Assembly: GCA_963834905.1 (NCBI GenBank)
Contig: CAWIDR010000006.1
Location: 1,388-65,387, forward strand
Direction: 5' to 3'
From: an uncultured Thermoleophilia bacterium
GTDB lineage: Bacteria > Actinomycetota > Thermoleophilia > UBA2241
Length of the DNA: 64,000 nucleotides
The notes below the pieces were generated by a model, which searched no databases, was not told where the DNA came from, and saw nothing but the letters and a program-made list of their open reading frames with translations. Below are positions 28,446 to 42,378 of the stretch, piece after piece (position 1 is the first letter of the stretch; each line of letters opens with the position of its first letter). The translations under genes were made by a program, and so were the position numbers.

Positions 28446-30595
28446 ATGCGCCGCATCATCACGTGGTCCGTCCGCGGCAGGCACCCCTGGATCATCATCG
28501 CGATCTGGATCGTCATCGCCGGGGCCCTCTCCATGGGCCCGAAGATCCAGAGCGTCACCACCAACGACGCCTCCAAGGGCCTCTCCAACGCCGTCGAGAG
28601 CAAGCGCGCCGACGCGCTGCAGCAACAGTACTTCCCCAACGCCAAGGGCACGCCCGTCATCGTCGTCTACGGCTCGGACGTGCCGCTCACGGCCGCCGAC
28701 AAGGCGGCCATCGCCCAGGGCGAGGCCTGGCTCAAGAGCGGCGCCGAGCCCATCAACAGCGCCAGCGTCCAGTACTCGCCGGACGGCAAGGGCGCGCTCA
28801 TCTTCGCCAGCCTGAACGGCAACCCCGGGGACGCGGCCTTCCGCGACTCGGTGCAGGCCATCCGCGACCACTTCGGCGACACGGTGAACGGGATGCAGGT
28901 CCGGGTCACCGGCCCCGGCGGCCTCATCACCGACGTCTACGAGATCTTCCTCAACGCCGACGTGAAGCTGCTCGTCGGCACGGTCCTGCTCGTGCTGGTG
29001 CTGCTCCTGCTCATCTACCGCTCGCCGGTGCTGCCCTTCGTGCCGCTCATCGCCGTCGGGTTCGGCTACTTCGTCGCCGGCGGCATCCTCGCGCTCGTCG
29101 CCAAGGCCACCGGGACGACGCTCTCCGGCCAGGCGACGTCGCTCATGGTCATCCTGCTGTTCGGCGCCGGGACCGACTACGGGTTGCTCCTCATCTCCCG
29201 CTACCGCGAGGACCTGCGCCGTGAGCTCAGACTCCCGCGTGGCTCTGGCGACGGCGCTGGGCGAGACCTGGGAGGCGATCGCCGCCAGCGGCCTGACCGT
29301 GACTCTGGCGGTGCTCACCCTGCTCTTCGCGCAGTACGGCGACTATCGCTCGTTCGCGCCGGTGCTCGGCGTCGGCGTCTTCGTGACCCTCATCGCCGGG
29401 CTGACGCTGATGCCGGCGCTGCTCGCGCTCCTCGGCCGCCGGGCCTTCTGGCCGCGGGTGCCGAAGGAGGGCGACGCGACCGAGCACAAGACGTGGGGTC
29501 GCGTCGCCGCGTGGGTGGCTGCGGGGCCGCGCCGCGCCGCGCTGGGAGTCCTCGCGATCCTCGTCGTCCTGGCGCTCGGCTGCCTCTTCTACAGCCCGCG
29601 CTTCAGCTTCACCGAGGACTTCCTGAAGAACATGCCCTCGAAGCAGGGCTACGCGCTGCTGGAGCAGCACTTCCCCAAGGGCGCGCTGGCGCCGACGACC
29701 GTGCTCATCAAGGCGCCGCAGGCGCCGCCCGAGTTCGTCGCCGGCATGATCACCGGTGCGCTGAACAAGAGCCCGGGCGTCGCCGCCGCCTTCCCCACCG
29801 GCACCGCCGACAACGGCAAGCTGCTCAGCTTCCAGGTGATCCTGAAGGGCGACCCGTACTCGAGCCAGGCGCTCGAGCAGGTGCGGCAACTGCGGACCAC
29901 GGCGCGCAAAGCGGCCGCCGCCGGAGGAGGGACCGCCCTCGTCGGCGGCCCCACGGCCATCCAGGCGGACACGTGGGCGCAGAGCAACCGCGACACGATC
30001 GTCGTCGCCGTCGCGGCCCTGGTCGTGGTGGGCGTCATCCTCATGCTCCTGCTGCGCGCCATCGTGGCGCCGATCTACCTGCTGCTGACCAACGTGCTCT
30101 CGTACCTCGCCGCGCTGGGCGCGACGATCGTCATCACCGAGAAGCTGCTGGGGTGGGAGCACATCAGCTACCGCATCCCGCTGTACATGTTCATCTTCCT
30201 GGTGGCCCTGGGCAGCGACTACAACATCTTCATCACGACGCGCATCCGCGGCGAGGCGATGGCCCGAGGGCTGCGGGACGGCACGGTGAAGGCGCTGTCG
30301 GCCACCGGCGGCGTGCTCACCAGCGCCGGCATCATCCTGGCCGGCACGTTCCTGATCCTGCTCTCCCAGCCGGTCAAGGACCTCGCCGAGATCAGCATCG
30401 GCGTGGCGCTCGGCGTGCTCATCGACACGTTCCTGGTGCGCACCGCGCTGGTGCCGGGGCTCACGCTCTGGATCGGCCCGAAGGCCGGCTGGCCGGGGCC
30501 GCTGTGGACGAAGAAGGGCAGCCGAGGCCGAGGAGCCGGCGGACGAGCCGGCGCCGTTCGCGGTGGGCGGCGAGTCGCTCGGAGACGAGGCCTAG
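28446..30595 (+). CDS. MMPL-family (RND superfamily) membrane transporter; frame changes near 29220 and 30517
   Basis: MRRIITWSVRGRHPWIIIAIWIVIAGALSMG...LVILLFGAGTDYGLLLISRYREDLR | ...LGETWEAIAASGLTVTLAVLTLL...FIFLVALGSDYNIFITTRIRGE.... Removing one G from the GGG run (30517-30519) gives an acidic tail, WTKKAAEAEEPADEPAPFAVGGESLGDEA*, ending at TAG 30593-95. Without that repair the ORF runs to 30681. Confidence 0.75.
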
Positions 30596-30652
30596 CGACA
30601 GGTGGCGGCGAGTGCCTCCAGGGGCGCTCGCCGCTCGTCCCGGACGGGCCTG

Positions 30653-32141
30653 CTAGCTGCGCAGCGCCGGGAAGAGGATGACGTCGCGGATGCTGGGCGC
30701 GCCGGTGAGGACCATCACCAGCCGGTCGATGCCCATGCCGAGGCCGCCGGTGGGCGGCATGCCGTGCTCCATGGCCTCGAGGAAGTCCTCGTCGAGCCGG
30801 TGCGCGGTCTCGTCGCCGTCGGCGAGGTCCTGCAGTTGCTGCATGAAGCGCTCGCGCTGGTCGTCGGGGTCGTTGAGCTCGCTGAAGGCGTTGCTCAGCT
30901 CCATGCCGGCGATGAACCCCTCGAAGCGCTCGACGAAGCGCGGGTCGTGCGGCGTCTTCTTGGCGAACGGGCTCGTCTCGAGCGGGTGCTCGGTGATGAA
31001 CACCGGCTGGATGAGCTTGGGCTCGACGCACTCGCTGAACAGCTCGTCGACCTGGGCGCCCCAGGCGGGAGCGAGCGGGACGACGTCCTCGAGGCCCTTC
31101 TCCTTGATGCGCGCCTGCAGGTCGGCGACGGTGCGCGAGTCGTCGGCGCCGATGTCGATGCCGGTCTCGTTCTCGATCGCCTTGCGCATGGTGAGGCGCG
31201 GCCACGGCGGAGTGAGGTCGATCTCGTGCTCGCGGAAGGTGACCTGGAGGCCGCCGACGGCGCCAGCCGCCTCGGCGGTCATCTGCTCGACCATCGTCAT
31301 GACGTGGTTGTAGTCGACGTAGGCCTCGTAGGTCTCGAGCATCGTGAACTCGGGGTTGTGCTTGAAGCTCACGCCCTCGTTGCGGAAGTCCTTGCCGATC
31401 TCGTAGACGCGGTCGATGCCGCCGATGATGCAGCGCTTGAGGTACAGCTCGGTGGCGATGCGGAGGTAGAGGTCGCGCTCGAGCTCGTTGTGGTGCGTCA
31501 TGAACGGGCGCGCGAGCGCGCCGCCGTACAGAGGCTGCAGCACCGGGGTCTCGACCTCGATGAAGCCGCGATCGTCCAGGAACCTGCGGATCGCGGCGAT
31601 GATCCGCGCGCGCTTGACGAACACCTGGCGCGAGTCGTCGTTGGCGGCGAGGTCGAGGTAGCGCTTGCGGTAGCGGGTCTCGACGTCGGTGAGCCCGTGG
31701 TACTTCTCGGGCATCGGGCGCAGCGACTTGCTGAGCAGCTGCCACGACGTGATCGCGCAGGCTGAGCTCGCCGCGGCGGGTGCGCATGACCGTACCCTCG
31801 GCGCCGACGAAGTCGCCGAGGTCGATGTCTTCGAGCGCGCCGTAGCGCTCCTCGCCCAGCGCGTCGAGCTGGCAGAAGAGCTGCAGCTCGCCGCTCAGGT
31901 CCTTGAGGACGACGAAGGTGAGCTTGCCGTGCACGCGGCGAGCGAAGACGCGGCCGGCGACGCGGCGCACGTCGGGAGAGTCCTGCCCGGCCTCGAGCGT
32001 CTCGTAGGCGGACTGGACCGCCGCGATCTCGTCGCGCGGCTGGTACTGGGTGGGATACGCGGCGCCGGTCTCGCGCCAGGCGGCGAGCTTGTCACGCCGC
32101 TCGGCGAAGACGTCGCCGTGCTCAGCGTGCTGCTCGTCCAC
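30653..32141 (-). CDS. lysS: Lysine--tRNA ligase, class II; one frame change near 31755
   Basis: The N-terminal OB-fold part is MDEQHAEHGDVFAERRDKLAAWRE...GRVFARRVHGKLTFVVLKDLSGELQLF...RRGELSL | ITSWQLLSKSLRPMPEKYHGLTDVETRYRKRYLDL. The class II core follows: FIEVETPVLQ, YLRIATELYLKR, GMPPTGGLGMGIDRLVM. Confidence 0.9.
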
Positions 32142-32149
32142 GGCGGAGG

Positions 32150-32629
32150 TCAGGCCTTCTCGATGTCCAGGACCTTGAACTTCTTGGAGCCCTGGGGCAC
32201 GGCGACGGTGACCTTGTCGCCGGGCTTGTGACCGAGGATCGCCCTGCCGACGGGCGACTCGTTGGACAGCTTGTGCGCGCCCGGGTCGGCCTCGGCCGAA
32301 CCGACGATGGAGTACTGGACCACGTCGCCGCGCTGCATGTCCTGCAGCGTGACCTTGGTGCCCACGCCGACGACCTCGGTCGAGATGTTGTCGGAGTCGA
32401 TGACGATGGCGCTGCGCAGACGCTCCTCGAGCGAGAAGATGCGCGCCTCCAGCATGGCCTGTTCGTTCTTCGCGTCGTCGTACTCGGAGTTCTCCGAGAT
32501 GTCGCCGAAGTCGCGCGCGGCACGGATGCGCTCGGCTACCTCGTCGCGCTTGACGGACGAGAGATACTCGACCTCTTCCTTGAGGCGCTGGAAGCCCTCA
32601 GGCGTGAGGATGATCTCACGGTCGACCAC
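32150..32629 (-). CDS. greA: Transcription elongation factor GreA
   Basis: The GTG at 32629 follows GAGGAGGAATCT. VVDREIILTPEGFQRLKEEVEYLSSVKRDEVAERIRAARDFGDISENSEYDDAKNEQA.... Confidence 0.9.
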   Translation of the reverse strand: MVDREIILTPEGFQRLKEEVEYLSSVKRDEVAERIRAARDFGDISENSEYDDAKNEQAMLEARIFSLEERLRSAIVIDSDNISTEVVGVGTKVTLQDMQRGDVVQYSIVGSAEADPGAHKLSNESPVGRAILGHKPGDKVTVAVPQGSKKFKVLDIEKA

Positions 32630-32752
32630 AGATTCCTCCTCTTCAACGCGGCAACGCGGCCCCGTTCGAGGCCGCGTGCCGAAGTGGCGAGCAAGTATAG
32701 GGCATGCCCGGCGTTTGCGCAAACAGAGCCGGATCGCCGTCGACGGGGCGCG

Positions 32753-33759
32753 TCAGAGGCCGAGAAGCGTGCGTACCTCGGCCTCGTCCCGCGCCCTGCA
32801 TCAGCTCCAGCGACAGCGGCTTGTCCAGCGCGCCGTGACGGCGGAACTTGGGCCAGAACTGGCGGAGGTGGCCGACGGCGCGGGCGCCGAGGTCGGCGAT
32901 GACCTCCGCCGCGAAGCGGCGCACCTCGGCGAGCTTCTCGGCGGGCGCCGGCTCGGCCGCGCCCAGCACCTGCGGAGAAGAGCCACGGCGCGCCCACGGC
33001 GCCGCGCGCGAGCATGACGGCCGCGGCGCCGCCGTCCAGCAGCCGCAGCGCCGCGTCCCGGCCGTCCACGTCGCCGGAGGCGATCACGGGGACGGCCAGC
33101 TCGGCGGCGAGCGCGAACGTCACCGCGTGGTCGGCGTGGCCTTTGTAGAGCTGCGCCGCCGTGCGCGGGTGGATGCAGACGGCGGCCGCGCCGGCGGCGA
33201 CGAGCCGGGGCGCCGCGAGGCGCCCGAGCTCGTCGCCGTCCCGCAGCCCCGCGCGGATCTTCACGGTGACGGGGATGCCGCGCCCCTGCGCGGCGTCGTC
33301 CACGGCCTGCACCACGGCGGCGACGATGCCGGCGGCGCGCTCGGGCTCGGCGAGCAGCGCCGCCCCGGCGCCGGTCTTGACGACCTTGCGCACGGGGCAG
33401 GCCATGTTGAGGTCGACGAGGTCGGCGCCGGCGGCCACCGCCCGCCCCGCCGCGTCGGCCAGCACGTCGGCGTCGGCGCCGAACAGCTGGAACCCGAGCG
33501 GGTGCTCGTCCTCCCCGTGGGCGAAGTAGTCGAGCGTGCGCCGGTTGTCGTAGTGCACGCCGTAGGCGGAGATCATCTCCGTGTAGACGAGCCCGGCCCC
33601 CCAGCGGCGCACGCTGCGCCGGAACGCCGGCGTCGTGAGGCCGGCCATGGGAGCCATGAAGAGCCGCCGCTCGAGCGCGAGTCCGCCGAGGGCGAGCGGC
33701 TGGAGGAGAGGATCGGGCGCGGCGCCGGACTCGGCAGGCAGCGGGCGGGGCGCGGTCAC
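32753..33759 (-). CDS. dus: tRNA-dihydrouridine synthase; two frame changes (about 32975 and 32790)
   Basis: LFMAPMAGLTTPAFRRSVRRWGAGLVYTEMISA...GADLVDLNMACPVRKVVKTGAGAALL...VTVKIRAG...AAVCIHPRTAAQLYKGHADH...VIASGDV. The C-terminus was rebuilt as ...LMQ|ARDEAEVRTLLGL*. Confidence 0.8.
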
Positions 33760-33769
33760 GCCCGGGGCC

Positions 33770-34543
<774 letters not shown>

Positions 34544-34545
34544 GG

Positions 34546-35435
34546 TCAGACCTCCAGATCGAGGGCCAGGTCGATCCACGGAGCGCGCGTGGTGAGCGCG
34601 CCGGCGGAGATGACGTCGACGCCCGCCTCGGCGAGCTCGCGGACGCGCTCGAGCCGCACGCCGCCCGACACCTCGACGACGGCGCGGCCGGCGACGCGCT
34701 CCACGGCCTGCCGCACGGTCGCCGTGTCCATGTTGTCGAGCAGCACGATGGTGGCGCCGCAGGCAAGGGCTTCGTCCAGCTGGTCCAGCGTGTCGACCTC
34801 GACCTCGAGCGCGTGCAGGTGCGCCGCGCCGGCGCGCACCAGCGAGATCGCGGCGCTGACACCGCCGGCGGCGGCGACGTGGTTGTCCTTGATCATCGCG
34901 CCGTCGAACAGGCCGAAGCGGTGCGGCGTACCGCCGCCGTGCACCACGGCCTGCTTCTCCAGGGCGCGCAGGCCGGGAGTCGTCTTGCGCGTCGCGGCGA
35001 TGCGCGCCGAGGTGCCGGCGGTCTCGGCGACGTAGGTGGCCGTCAGGGTCGCGACGCCGCTCAGCCGGCACAGGAAGTTGAGCGCGGTGCGCTCGGCCGC
35101 GAGGATCGCCGCCAGCGGGCCGCGCAGCTCGGCGACGATGTCGCCGGCGGCGAAGCGCTCGCCGTCGTGCAGGACGACCTCCACGGCGAGCGCGGATCCA
35201 CCTGGTGCGCCGTCTCCTCGAGGGCGGCCACGCCGGAGAGCACGCCGGCCTCGCGCGCGACGACACGGGCGAGGCCGTCGCCGGCGAAGACGGACCCGGT
35301 GAGGTCGCCGTAGCCGGCGAGGTCCTCGCGCAGCGCGCGCCGGACCGCCATGCGCGCGGCTTGCCGGTACCCGCGCTCGCGGAGCGGTGCACCTCCGGCG
35401 CCCCGCTCGATAGCTTGCCTGCGGCGACTGTTCAT
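34546..35435 (-). CDS. nadC: Nicotinate-nucleotide pyrophosphorylase (carboxylating); one frame change near 35190
   Basis: The ATG at 35435 overlaps the nadB stop (ATGA). ...[17 protein letters not shown]...[19 protein letters not shown] | ...[19 protein letters not shown]...[38 protein letters not shown]...LLDNM. Confidence 0.85.
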
Positions 35436-37073
35436 CGCTTGCCGCGCACGTGGATGCCGCCGGCCCGATCCTGCTCCGGCAGGCGCAGCGTGATGTGCTT
35501 GCGCCAGCGCTCGTCGTCCAGAGCCGGGAAGTCGTCGCGCAGGTGCACGCCGCGCGACTCCTCGCGCAGCAGCGCGCACTTGGCGATCTGCGTCCCCAGC
35601 GTGAGCATGTTGAGCACCTCGTACTCGGCCTCACCCAGCGCGAGAAGCGCAGCTCGGACGTGAGGCCGTTCAGCTCGTCCAGCGCCGCCTGCAGGTCGGC
35701 CCCGCGGCGCAGCACGCCGACCTTGTGCTGCATGACGCGGGTGAGGCGGGTGCGCGCCGCGGCGGCGTCGCTGTCCCCGTCGCCCGGCTCCTCCTCGGGG
35801 ATGTCGAAGCTGAGCCGGCGCACGTCCTCCCCGAGCTTGCCGATGTAGCGGTCCAGGTCGCGGACGACGCGGTCGGAGAACACGAGCCCCTCGAGCAGCG
35901 AGTTGCTGGCCAGGCGATTGGCGCCATGGACGCCGGTGCTCGCCACTTCGCCGCTGGCGTAGAGGCCGGGCACCGTGGTGCGGCCCCACACGTCGGTGAC
36001 CACGCCGCCGACGAAGTAGTGGCACACGGGAGCGACCGGGATGAGCTGCGTCGGCGAGATCGAGGCCGTGCTCGCGCAGCCCGGCGGTGACGCTCGGGAA
36101 CCGTTCCGGCGAGCCACGCCGCGTCGAGGTGCGTGGCGTCGAGGTAGACATGCTCCGTGCCTTCGCGGCGCATCTCCGCGACCATGCCGCGCACGACGAT
36201 GTCGCGCGAGGCCAGCTCGGCGCGCGGATCGTACTCCGTCATGAAGCGTTCGCCGGCGGCGTTGCGCAGGTAGGCGCCCTCGCCGCGCAGCGCCTCGGTG
36301 ATGAGCTGCACGGTCTGCTGGCCGGGCACGGCCAGCCCCGTGGGGTGGAACTGCACGAACTCGAGGTCGCGGATGGCGGCGCCGGCGCGGTAGGCCATGG
36401 CGACGCCGTCGCCGGTGGCGACCGGCGGGTTGGTGGTACGTCCGTACACCTGCCCGGCGCCCCCGGTGGCGAGCACGGTCACCATGGCGACGTTGAGCGT
36501 GAGCCCGCCGTCGGCGAGGTTGAGCGTGAGCGCGCCGACGCAGCGGCCGTCGACCGTGAGCAGGTCGATGACGAACTCGTCCTCATAGAGCTGCACGCGG
36601 CTGCCCACGCGAGCCGCCTCGGCGAGGGCGCTCGAGACCTCGCTGCCGGTGGCGTCGCCGCCGGCGTGGACGATGCGCGGCAGCGAGTGCGCGCCCTCGC
36701 GCCCGAGCACGATCTGGCCGTCGACCTTGTCGAACCGCGGGCAGATCTCCATGAGCTCGCGCACGCGGTCCGGGCCCTCGCTCACCAGGACGCGCACGGC
36801 CTCCTCGTCGCAGAGGCCGGCGCCGGCGGCGATGGTGTCCTGGAAGTGCAGCTCGGGCGAATCCTCCTCGCCGATGGCGGCGGCGATGCCGCCCTGCGCG
36901 AGGAACGTGGTCGTCTCCTCGAAGGTGGACTTGGTGAGCAGGCCGACGCGCCAGCGCCGGGCGGCGCCGATGGCGGCGGTGAGGCCGGCGATGCCGCCGC
37001 CGAGCACGAGGACGTCGAAGCTGCGCCGGTGCAGCGGCTCGCCGGAACGGATCGCGACGTACGGACGCGTCAT
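35432..37073 (-). CDS. nadB: L-aspartate oxidase; two frame changes (about 36105 and 35650)
   Basis: ATG at 37073. [17 protein letters not shown]...AQGGIAAA...[11 protein letters not shown]...EFVQFHPT...[12 protein letters not shown] | ...[48 protein letters not shown] | ...[18 protein letters not shown]. Confidence 0.85.
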
Positions 37074-37111
37074 GGCTCCCTCGTCAGCGCCGGCTCGTGA
37101 TCGGTCACCGC

Positions 37112-37664
37112 TCACCCTTCCGTGGCGTCGTACAGCCTCACCTGCTGGGTGCGGGTGGTCGCCCGGCCCAGCCCGGCGACGTCCATGTCCGGCATGCCCC
37201 GCGCGTGCTCCCAGACCTCCGCGAGGGGCACGAGCACGAAGGCTCGCTTGACCATGCGCGGGTGCGGGAGCGTGAGCTCGGGATCGTCGGACTCGGCGTC
37301 TTGGAAGAGCAGTATATCGATATCGAGCGTGCGCGGGCCAAAGCGTAGCTAACGAACGCGGCCGTGCTCGCGCTCGATGCGCTGGCACTCGCGCAGGAGG
37401 TCGAGCGGCTGCAGCGCCGTCTCAAGGCAGACGACCTGGTTGAGGAAGGCGTCCTGGTCCGGCAGGTCCTGGGGCGCCGTCTCGTAGATCCGGGATGCGG
37501 CGACGAGGGCGGTCGCGGGCAGCGCCGCAAGCGCTTCGCGCGCGGCGCCCAGGTACGCCGCCCGGTCGCCGAGGTTGGAGCCGAGCGACACGAAGACGCG
37601 CCTGCCGACGCGGAGGGTCGCCTCCGGCGCCCCGCTCGATACCTTCCCTGCGGAGGGTATTCAC
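37112..37664 (-). CDS. folK: HPPK (2-amino-4-hydroxy-6-hydroxymethyldihydropteridine diphosphokinase); in-frame TAG at 37349-37351 and probably one frame change near 37600
   Basis: VSLGSNLGDRAAYLGAAREALAALP...RIYETAPQ...QDAFLNQVV...REHGRVR * LRFGPRTLDIDILLFQDAE...LTLPHPRMVKRAFVLVPLAE. The sequence continues in the same frame through the TAG. The first in-frame start is the GTG at 37591. A GTG at 37664 overlaps the folB stop (GTGA) but is in another frame. Confidence 0.8.
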
Positions 37665-38026
37665 GAGGTGCGCACCACCTCGACGCGCGCCGCGTGGATC
37701 GGCAGGGACACCGGCGGCGCGATCTTGCTCACCGCCACCTCGACCAGCACCGGGTCGAACTCGTCCCAGAGGCCGTCGCACAGGATCGTGGCGAGGCGCT
37801 CGAGGAGGTTGAACTCGCCGCCCTCCACCACGCCGCGCACGTAGTTCACGATCTGGCTGTAGTTGACCGTGTCCTGGAGGTCGTCGCTTTGGCCCGCGCC
37901 GCGCGCCTGCGGGTCGACGCGCACGTCGATCTCGAGGGTCTGGCCGATCGCCCGTTCCTCCGCGGTGACGCCGCAGCGCCCCCGCAACTGGATGCCTTCG
38001 AGGATGATGGACAGGCTTCGCGTCAT
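37661..38026 (-). CDS. folB: Dihydroneopterin aldolase
   Basis: Intact 121 aa: IQLRGRCGVTAEERAIGQTLEIDV...DLQDTVNYSQIV. Confidence 0.85.
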   Translation of the reverse strand: MTRSLSIILEGIQLRGRCGVTAEERAIGQTLEIDVRVDPQARGAGQSDDLQDTVNYSQIVNYVRGVVEGGEFNLLERLATILCDGLWDEFDPVLVEVAVSKIAPPVSLPIHAARVEVVRTS

Positions 38027-38060
38027 GGTGCGGCCTCCTTGCCTTCCGGCCCGCGGCCGG

Positions 38061-38903
38061 TCAGGGCGCGGTGACGCCCTCGCGCACGGCGAGCGCGACC
38101 CGCAGCGCTTCGAAGTTGGGCTTGACGTCGTGGACGCGGAAGATGTGCGCGCCGGCCAGGTAGCCGATCACGGTGGTCGCCACGGTGCCGGTGACGCGGT
38201 CGGCGGGCTCGGCGCCGAGGATGGCGCCGAGGAAGCGCTTGCGCGACGCGCCCAGCAGGACGGGACGGCCGAGCGTGGCGAAGCGGTCGAGGCCGTCCAG
38301 CAGCGCGAGGTTGTGGGCCACGGTCTTGCCGAACCCCAGCCCCGGGTCGACCATGATCTGCTCCTCGCGCACCCCGCGCGCGAGCGCGAAGCTCATGCGC
38401 TCCTCGAGAAAGCGCAGCACCTCGTCGACCACGTCGTCGTAGCGCGGGTCGTCCTGCATGGTCTTGGGCTGCCCCTTCATGTGCATCAGGCAGACGGGGC
38501 AGCCGGTCTCGGCCACTACGGAGGCCATCTCGTCGTCGAAGCGCAGGGCGCTCACGTCGTTGATGATGGTCGCCCCGGCGGAGAGCGCGCGGCGCGCGAC
38601 CTCCGCCTTCATCGTGTCGACCGAGATGGGTACGCCGACGCTGCCGGCGAGCGACTCGACCACCGGGAGCACGCGGCGCAGCTCCTCGTCCGCGGTGACC
38701 ATCTCGGAGCCCGGCCGCGTGGACTCGCCGCCGATGTCGACGATGGCCGCTCCCTCACGCACGAGCGTGAGCGCCTGCTCGAGAGCGGCGTCGGCGGCGA
38801 GGAACCTGCCGCCGTCGGAGAACGAGTCGGGCGTGACGTTGACCACGCCCATGATGGCCGGGAACGGCAGGTCGAGCGAGAAGGTCGGCGCTGCCGGCTG
38901 CAT
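38061..38903 (-). CDS. folP: Dihydropteroate synthase
   Basis: ATG at 38903. IMGVVNVTPDSFSDGG...IVDIGGESTRPG...ISVDT...INDVSA...DPGLGFGKT...LLGASRKRF. The frame is intact. Confidence 0.9.
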   Translation of the reverse strand: MQPAAPTFSLDLPFPAIMGVVNVTPDSFSDGGRFLAADAALEQALTLVREGAAIVDIGGESTRPGSEMVTADEELRRVLPVVESLAGSVGVPISVDTMKAEVARRALSAGATIINDVSALRFDDEMASVVAETGCPVCLMHMKGQPKTMQDDPRYDDVVDEVLRFLEERMSFALARGVREEQIMVDPGLGFGKTVAHNLALLDGLDRFATLGRPVLLGASRKRFLGAILGAEPADRVTGTVATTVIGYLAGAHIFRVHDVKPNFEALRVALAVREGVTAP

Positions 38904-38914
38904 GGCGGGGCGCG

Positions 38915-39484
38915 TCAGTGCGGGGCGTTGATGAGGGCGAACACCTCGGCGCGCGTGGCCTCGCTGGTCTGGATGAGCCCGCGCACGGCGCTGGTGACGG
39001 TCTTGGAGCCCGGCGTGCGCACCCCTCGCATGCTCATGCACAGATGCTCGGCCTCGATGAGGACGAGCGCGCCGGTCGGCTGCAGCGACGTCTCGATGGC
39101 GTCGGCGACCTCGCTCGTGATGCGCTCCTGCAACTGCGGGCGCGCGGCGACCTGGCGCACGACGCGCGCCAGCTTGCTCAGCCCGGCGATGTGGCCGTGG
39201 TCGCTGGGGATGTAGGCCACGTGCGCCCGCCCGTGGAACGGCAGCAGGTGGTGCTCGCAGATCGAGTAGAAGTCGATGTCCTTGATGAGCACCATCTCGC
39301 GATGGTGGTCTCCCGGGATCGCCGTGAGCAGCTCCGCCGGGTCGGGCGCGCCGATGCCGGAGAAGATGTCGACGTACATGTCGGCGACGCGCTGAGGGGT
39401 CTTCTGCAGCCCGGGACGGTCCGGGTCCTCGCCGATCCCCTCGAGGATGAGACGCACGCCGGTCTTGATCTTTTCGCTGTCCAC
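38915..39484 (-). CDS. folE: GTP cyclohydrolase I
   Basis: Intact 189 aa: [13 protein letters not shown]...[22 protein letters not shown]...GLSKLARVV...PQLQERIT...[13 protein letters not shown]. Confidence 0.9.
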   Translation of the reverse strand: MDSEKIKTGVRLILEGIGEDPDRPGLQKTPQRVADMYVDIFSGIGAPDPAELLTAIPGDHHREMVLIKDIDFYSICEHHLLPFHGRAHVAYIPSDHGHIAGLSKLARVVRQVAARPQLQERITSEVADAIETSLQPTGALVLIEAEHLCMSMRGVRTPGSKTVTSAVRGLIQTSEATRAEVFALINAPH

Positions 39485-39513
39485 GGGTGTGAGAAGCAGC
39501 CGTCGCCGGCGGG

Positions 39514-41715
<2,202 letters not shown>

Positions 41716-41811
41716 GGTGACCCTTCTGGACGGGTGCTGGCACCCGGCCCGGTCCGATGCCTCGATGTGCCTGCAAATCGGCCGTCCGGTGACGGTAACA
41801 TACCCTCCTGA

Positions 41812-42378
41812 TTACAGCAAAGAACCCGCCTGGTCGACGATGTCGGCGGCGGCCTCGGGGGTCAGGACCCCTATGTAGTCTAGCGTGCGGAAGTGGTCGG
41901 CGAGGTCGAGGCCGTAACCGACCACGAACTTGTCGGGGATCTCGAAGCCGACGTAGCGGCACGGGATCTCGGTGCGCCGCCGCGACGGCTTGGTGAGCAG
42001 CGCGCAGATCTCCAGCGACGCCGGCTTGCGGCTGCGCAGGTTCTTGAGCAGGTAGCTCAGCGTGAGGCCCGAGTCGATGATGTCCTCGACGATGAGCACG
42101 TCCCTGCCGGCGATCTCCAGGTCCAGGTCCTTGAGGATGCGCACCACGCCCGACGAGTCGGTCGACGAGCCGTAGCTCGAGACGGCCATGAAGTCGAGCG
42201 CCACGGGCACGTCGATGCGCCGCGCGAGGTCGGCCATGAAGAACACGGCGCCTTTGAGCACACCGACGAGGAGGATCTCCTTGCCCTGGTAGTCATGGGT
42301 GATCTGGGCGGCCAGATCGTCGACCCGCGCGGCGAGCGCCTCGCGGGAGACGAGCACTTCCTCGATCGGCACGTTCAC
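41812..42378 (-). CDS. hpt: Hypoxanthine phosphoribosyltransferase
   Basis: Intact 188 aa: LLVGVLKGAVFFMADLAR...VLIVEDIIDSGLTLSYL...KFVVGYGLDLADHFR. Confidence 0.9.
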   Translation of the reverse strand: MNVPIEEVLVSREALAARVDDLAAQITHDYQGKEILLVGVLKGAVFFMADLARRIDVPVALDFMAVSSYGSSTDSSGVVRILKDLDLEIAGRDVLIVEDIIDSGLTLSYLLKNLRSRKPASLEICALLTKPSRRRTEIPCRYVGFEIPDKFVVGYGLDLADHFRTLDYIGVLTPEAAADIVDQAGSLL

